Shown in pieces: positions 8,426-11,886 of a DNA stretch of 11,886 nucleotides (its first letter is position 1; the number at the start of each line of letters is the position of its first letter). Both the position numbers and the translations under genes were made by a program. Under the pieces are notes generated by a model that saw nothing but the letters and a program-made list of their open reading frames with translations, did no database searches and was not told the DNA's origin. Source of the DNA: Octopus sinensis. Taxonomy: Eukaryota. Location: positions 1 to 11,886 of the forward strand of contig NW_021826739.1 in NCBI RefSeq assembly GCF_006345805.1, given 5' to 3'.

Positions 8426-8453
8426 GGGGTTGGGAATGAGGGGAAACGAAGGG
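8426..8453 (+). other. Canonical G-quadruplex motif
   Basis: GGGG-tt-GGG-aatga-GGGG-aaacgaa-GGG fits G3+N1-7 x4. Confidence 0.5.
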
Positions 8454-8562
8454 AGACAAAGTAGAATATTCGGACATTTTCTTTTTTTCTCCTTTTTTTT
8501 TACGGCCTGCCGTAAAAAAAAAACACACAAAATAAAAATAAGAAAAATAGAGAAAGAAGCAA

Positions 8563-8665
8563 AAACACACACACACACACACATATATATATAAAAACAC
8601 GTAAATATACTATATATATACATATATAAATATTTGTATATTTCTGTGCGTGTGTGTGAGTGTAT
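8563..8665. repeat. Compound (CA)n/(TA)n/(TG)n microsatellite
   Basis: Direct reading. Confidence 0.8.
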
Positions 8666-9429
8666 ATTATGTTCAGAAGTCTATAGAATATTCCGATCTG
8701 GTGAAACATGTAATCATATCAAAGTACATCGCTAAATGATAATTCTTAGAAAGTCACAAATGGTGAAAAAATTTCGAAGAGAAAAAGTTATAAAATATAT
8801 AAAAAGACAAATGTTTTTTTTTCTTATATTTTATCCATTCATGCAAATTATCCGTTATGTGTGTATGTGTTTGTATATGTGTGTATGTGAATGTGTGTGA
8901 ACGTATTGGTGTAATTTTTGCGATTTCAGTTCTTTCTTTGTAAATATATTCTTTGTAATGTTTCTGTATTATTTTTTCAGTCAAAGATATCAGACATTTC
9001 TCTCAGCTCTCGGAGCTATTCATTTTAAAAAAGAAGTATAAAGAAGAAAAGGAATATTTTCTTCATTAACATCAACAACAATAATAGCAACAACAACAAT
9101 AATAACAGCACTATATCGTTAATGTTTCAAGCTTTACAATCAAGTTTATATATTAATTGATCAATGTAAAAAGAAATGTTATTTTTCTTTGAACCAATGA
9201 TTCGGTGATTAGATGTCCATGTTTCGTCGTTTCCCTACCATCGCTACGACCCCCACCGTCACTAGAATTTCTGCTTCCCAACGCCGCTGGTTGGGCTGAT
9301 TCTTTTTCGTTGATGTTATATATATATTTATTTTATATATTTTCCGTTCATATTTTCCATTCATATTCTTTGATAGGTCGTCCATTATTTCTTCATTTGC
9401 CGATCAAACAGTAAAATCGTGTTGATATC

Positions 9430-10824
9430 TCATATGTGACGCTTCATATGCAGTGAGAGATGGTCGCTTCTAGAAAATGCCCGCTCGCACAGATGACATT
9501 GGAAAGGTCTGTCTCCTGTGTGTTTTCGATAATGGCGGGTCAGTTCATCAGAACGAGCAAACTTCCAACCACAACCTTTCCAATTGCAGTGGTAAGGCTT
9601 CTCTCCCGTGTGTGTACGGAGATGAGCCTTGAGATGAGAGCTCTTCGTATAGGTTTTACTACATCCAGTATGAGTGCATGTGTGGTTGGTCTGACGTTTG
9701 CGACCCCAAGAACGTCTGCCTCGTTTCTTTGGAACATTAACCCCGCCCTCAACAATGGCTTGCTGCTGAGGAAGCAACAAGTCCACGAGTTGAGGAGACG
9801 CCGGAGGTGTAATCATTGGATGAGGTAACTGTAACATCGTGTTCTGTGGGTTCCCCAGTTTAGGGAGAATATGAGGAGGCAGAAGGATGGACTGCTGGTG
9901 TGGATGATGAGGGTGCATCATGCCTAATTGGTTGCACTGCATTTGTTTGCGTTCGTCGTGCATCTCAGGGGACGCTGGTGGAGACATGTGACCTGGGATG
10001 ACGTAATGTATTTGATTTGGTTGTTGCGCGGCACCTGCGGGCAAACTATTCAATGTGGCGTTGTAAGTGGCACAAGACGAAGCTAAACTACCGTATTCCT
10101 GTTTGGGAATAACATTCATTGGAGAGGTTTTATATTCGGATTTAACTGTCATCATGTCAACCGGATTGCTGCTATGATGATGTTGATGCTGCTGCTGCTG
10201 CTGTTGATGATGGTGATGATGATGATGATGATGATGACTTTCAGTATCAAACTTGATGTCAGGGATGTCTAGAAAAGCTGAATGGAAGTCTGGGAGTGGC
10301 TCTAAAGTCTCCTGTTTGATTTTCATGGTTGGCTCCTCTTGGTACAGACTTTGGTTTTCGGCGGTGTTGTTCAGAATGAAGTCTAAATCGAGCAGGTGCT
10401 CATAGTTATCCAACATCTGTTCTTGTCCACGGTGGTTGCCCAATAAATAAGACAGCTGGCTGCTGTATGAATGCTGCTTCATCAGGTTAGACATAACAGC
10501 TAAAGAACTCAGATTACTGCCGCTAATGCTGTTGCTGGGGACCATGACGTTTGAAGGGTTATTAACACTGTTGTTGAGATTGTCTGTGGTTGTGGTGTTG
10601 CTGCTATTATTGTTGTTAACGCCACTATTACTCATGGCAAGGATGTGTAGGTTTCCAACGGTCGGCATATTTGCTGACGTGTTCATGCTAGACTGTGGAG
10701 GTTGGTTATGGGTCGGCCGGCTTGGACCGAGGGACAGTTGATCTGACTGCGACATAATATGTAGCATGCTTGTTTCATAAGGTGTGTTATCCTGGTACAA
10801 TAGGTTCTCCACTTCTTGCCAAGT
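9430..10824 (-). CDS. Klf1/2/4: Terminal coding exon (464 codons + TGA; 5'-partial gene) of a Kruppel-like factor, KLF1/2/4 subfamily zinc-finger transcription factor
   Basis: Translation ends in three C2H2 fingers, [82 protein letters not shown], nearly identical to vertebrate KLF2/KLF4 fingers. They are preceded by the basic [13 protein letters not shown] motif typical of KLF1/2/4. The exon also has LLDLDFIL (10372-10395; cf. KLF4 [10 protein letters not shown]) and TPPASP (cf. KLF2 LTPPASP). The first 14 aa of the 478-aa ORF ([14 protein letters not shown]) are the translated polypyrimidine tract, so the real exon starts at 10824 (TWQEVENLL..., phase 0). Confidence 0.96.
   Translation of the reverse strand, partial: TWQEVENLLYQDNTPYETSMLHIMSQSDQLSLGPSRPTHNQPPQSSMNTSANMPTVGNLHILAMSNSGVNNNNSSNTTTTDNLNNSVNNPSNVMVPSNSISGSNLSSLAVMSNLMKQHSYSSQLSYLLGNHRGQEQMLDNYEHLLDLDFILNNTAENQSLYQEEPTMKIKQETLEPLPDFHSAFLDIPDIKFDTESHHHHHHHHHHQQQQQQHQHHHSSNPVDMMTVKSEYKTSPMNVIPKQEYGSLASSCATYNATLNSLPAGAAQQPNQIHYVIPGHMSPPASPEMHDERKQMQCNQLGMMHPHHPHQQSILLPPHILPKLGNPQNTMLQLPHPMITPPASPQLVDLLLPQQQAIVEGGVNVPKKRGRRSWGRKRQTNHTCTHTGCSKTYTKSSHLKAHLRTHTGEKPYHCNWKGCGWKFARSDELTRHYRKHTGDRPFQCHLCERAFSRSDHLSLHMKRHI
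9436..9678 (-). other. KLF-type triple C2H2 zinc-finger DNA-binding domain (CX4C, CX4C, CX2C fingers), encoded without introns
   Basis: Direct translation. Spacing CX4CX12HX3H-7-CX4CX12HX3H-7-CX2CX12HX3H is diagnostic of KLF/Sp. Recognition helices KSSHLKA / RSDELTR / RSDHLSL imply GC/CACCC-box binding. Confidence 0.97.
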
Positions 10825-10860
10825 CTGAAATGAAAAGAAAAAAAAATTAATTAAAATAAT
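10825..10860 (-). promoter_or_regulatory. 3' splice acceptor (polypyrimidine tract + CAG) of the KLF intron
   Basis: Minus strand reads attattttaattaatttttttttcttttcatttcag|ACTTGGCAA. AG is at 10826-10825, with no other AG in the preceding ~35 nt. TTAAT branch-point-like motifs lie ~20-30 nt upstream. Confidence 0.9.
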
Positions 10861-11090
10861 CTCCACATATATGTTGCTATATATTTCATTAGCGTATATT
10901 TATATATGTGCGCGTACAATCAGTTATTCATGGTGTGCGCACGTGTATGTTAGGTGCATTTAATCAAAGTTTCCTAATCCACTCTGTTACCAATGCCACA
11001 AACTTCCGTGCCAAAATATACAGTTTATATGCAATGGTGTAACATTCACAAAATGGCTCCGAAACTATTAGGAATGTAGATGAATATACC

Positions 11091-11200
11091 GGCAAAAGTC
11101 GACCAAAGCAGGACTTGAACTCAGAATGTAAAGAGCTGGAAAAAAAGATATAGTGAGGTATTTTGTTCGTCATTGTAGCGACTCTACCAATCCACCACTT
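11091..11200 (-). mobile_element. Decayed SINE head remnant (intronic)
   Basis: ggcaaaagtcgacc...ggacttgaactcagaatgtaaag...ccaccactt resembles the reverse complement of the head of the 2007-2217 and 3240-3470 copies. Confidence 0.7.
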
Positions 11201-11232
11201 TTTTTTTGTTTTTGTTAATAATAACAAATTTG

Positions 11233-11398
11233 ATTTCAAATTTTAGCACAATGCCGACAAATTTCGGAGGAAACTATAAGTCTGTTACATCAATCCCAAT
11301 ACTCAACGGATACTTATTTTATCCACCCCGAAAGGATGAAAAGTAAAGTGGACACCGGCATTTCCGGCGTGGTAATGATTTTGCTAACTCGCTACCTT
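11233..11398 (-). mobile_element. Decayed type-B SINE with internal deletion (intronic)
   Basis: ...atacttattttatccaccccgaaaggatgaaaagtaaagtggacacc...ccggcgtggtaatgattttgctaactcgctacctt matches the reverse complement of the SINE, but the B-box segment is missing. Confidence 0.75.
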
Positions 11399-11403
11399 AA
11401 ATG

Positions 11404-11404
<1 letters not shown>

Positions 11405-11468
<64 letters not shown>
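11405..11468. repeat. (AAT)n microsatellite
   Basis: Perfect trinucleotide run. Confidence 0.97.
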
Positions 11469-11478
11469 CAACAACAGT

Positions 11479-11630
11479 GGTTTCTGATTTAGACACAGCC
11501 ACAGTGGGTTACGTCGATGCCATTAATCTCAGCAATTGACCAGTAATTTTATCGAACCCGGAAAGGTAAAATTTTAGCCTGGGTGTGATTTGAAATCAGG
11601 ACTTATAAAAGCTGAAAAAAAATGTCACAA
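11479..11630 (-). mobile_element. Highly decayed SINE remnant (intronic)
   Basis: ttacgtcgat...ttttatcgaacccggaaagg...gatttgaaatcaggac aligns loosely with the reverse complement of the SINE body and B box. Confidence 0.55.
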
Positions 11631-11755
11631 AAATAATGATTACAGGAGATAAATTAAAGCTGGATGATAAAAAAAAAATGTTAGAAGAGATGTGAAAGTT
11701 ATGAGCGAAAATATCGAGAGCTTAGAACAAGGCAAAATTGCTTCATGAGTGCATA

Positions 11756-11756
<1 letters not shown>

Positions 11757-11816
<60 letters not shown>

Positions 11817-11835
11817 CTATCTATCTATCTATCTA
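11757..11835. repeat. (ATCT)n microsatellite
   Basis: Near-perfect tetranucleotide run. Confidence 0.97.
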
Positions 11836-11886
11836 TATTTGAGTATTCCAGAGATACAGGTTTCCCTTAAAGTAATCCTTATTGAT

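Larger units (their letters stand above)
3790..9429 (-). other. Putative long (~5.6 kb) 3'UTR of the KLF gene
   Basis: Spans the stop codon to the candidate poly(A) site. It has no credible ORF and no recognisable SINE, unlike both flanks, and contains miRNA-seed and AU-rich motifs. Inference only; the UTR could end earlier (e.g. near 7761-7780). Confidence 0.4.
10825..11886 (-). other. Intron of the KLF gene (continues beyond the window)
   Basis: Lies upstream of the acceptor and consists of SINE remnants and (AAT)n/(ATCT)n repeats. No KLF-like N-terminal exon was recognised here. Confidence 0.75.

Noticed and set aside
548-9363. Short tandem/direct duplications (AGAGACTGCA 548-557/560-569; TGACGGTTCGTA 1919-1930/1954-1965; 13-mer 9338-9363)
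   Set aside because: Two-copy local slippage products with no associated structure.
9460-9828. 122-aa plus-strand ORF (also 9540-9755 and 10526-10741)
   Set aside because: Antisense or alternative-frame shadows of the KLF exon with no independent features.
10825-10866. ATG at 10866 as the KLF start codon (478-aa ORF)
   Set aside because: The first 14 codons ([14 protein letters not shown]) are the polypyrimidine tract and CAG acceptor; they are intronic.
10900-11886. Upstream KLF exon within the window, including the 91-aa ORF 10964-11239
   Set aside because: The ORF is largely SINE-derived and poly-T/A derived, with no KLF-like N-terminus. A G|GTAACA donor-like site near 10990 has no supporting exon.

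Overview
Eukaryotic, very AT-rich, microsatellite-laden DNA. The tRNA-head SINE families look like those I recall from Octopus genomes (species assignment is recognition from memory, not a search). The only credible gene is on the minus strand: a 1395-bp terminal coding exon (10824->9430, splice acceptor at 10825-10826) of a Kruppel-like factor of the KLF1/2/4 group, with all three C2H2 fingers in one exon. Its first exon(s) appear to lie beyond the right edge of the window. Positions 10825-11886 are intron, with three decayed SINE remnants. Positions ~3790-9429 have no recognisable SINE and end in a well-formed minus-strand poly(A) site, so they may be a ~5.6-kb 3'UTR. This stretch carries an unusually complete miR-8/200-family target site and overlapping miR-219/miR-315 sites. 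Positions 1-3500 are SINE-dense intergenic DNA, with TSD-flanked insertions, a TSD-flanked SINE dimer and tail-swapped SINE variants. All other ORFs in the track are explained by microsatellites, SINE antisense frames or the antisense shadow of the KLF exon. I see no clear new biological system; the best leads are the putative post-transcriptional control of this KLF gene and the SINE mechanics.
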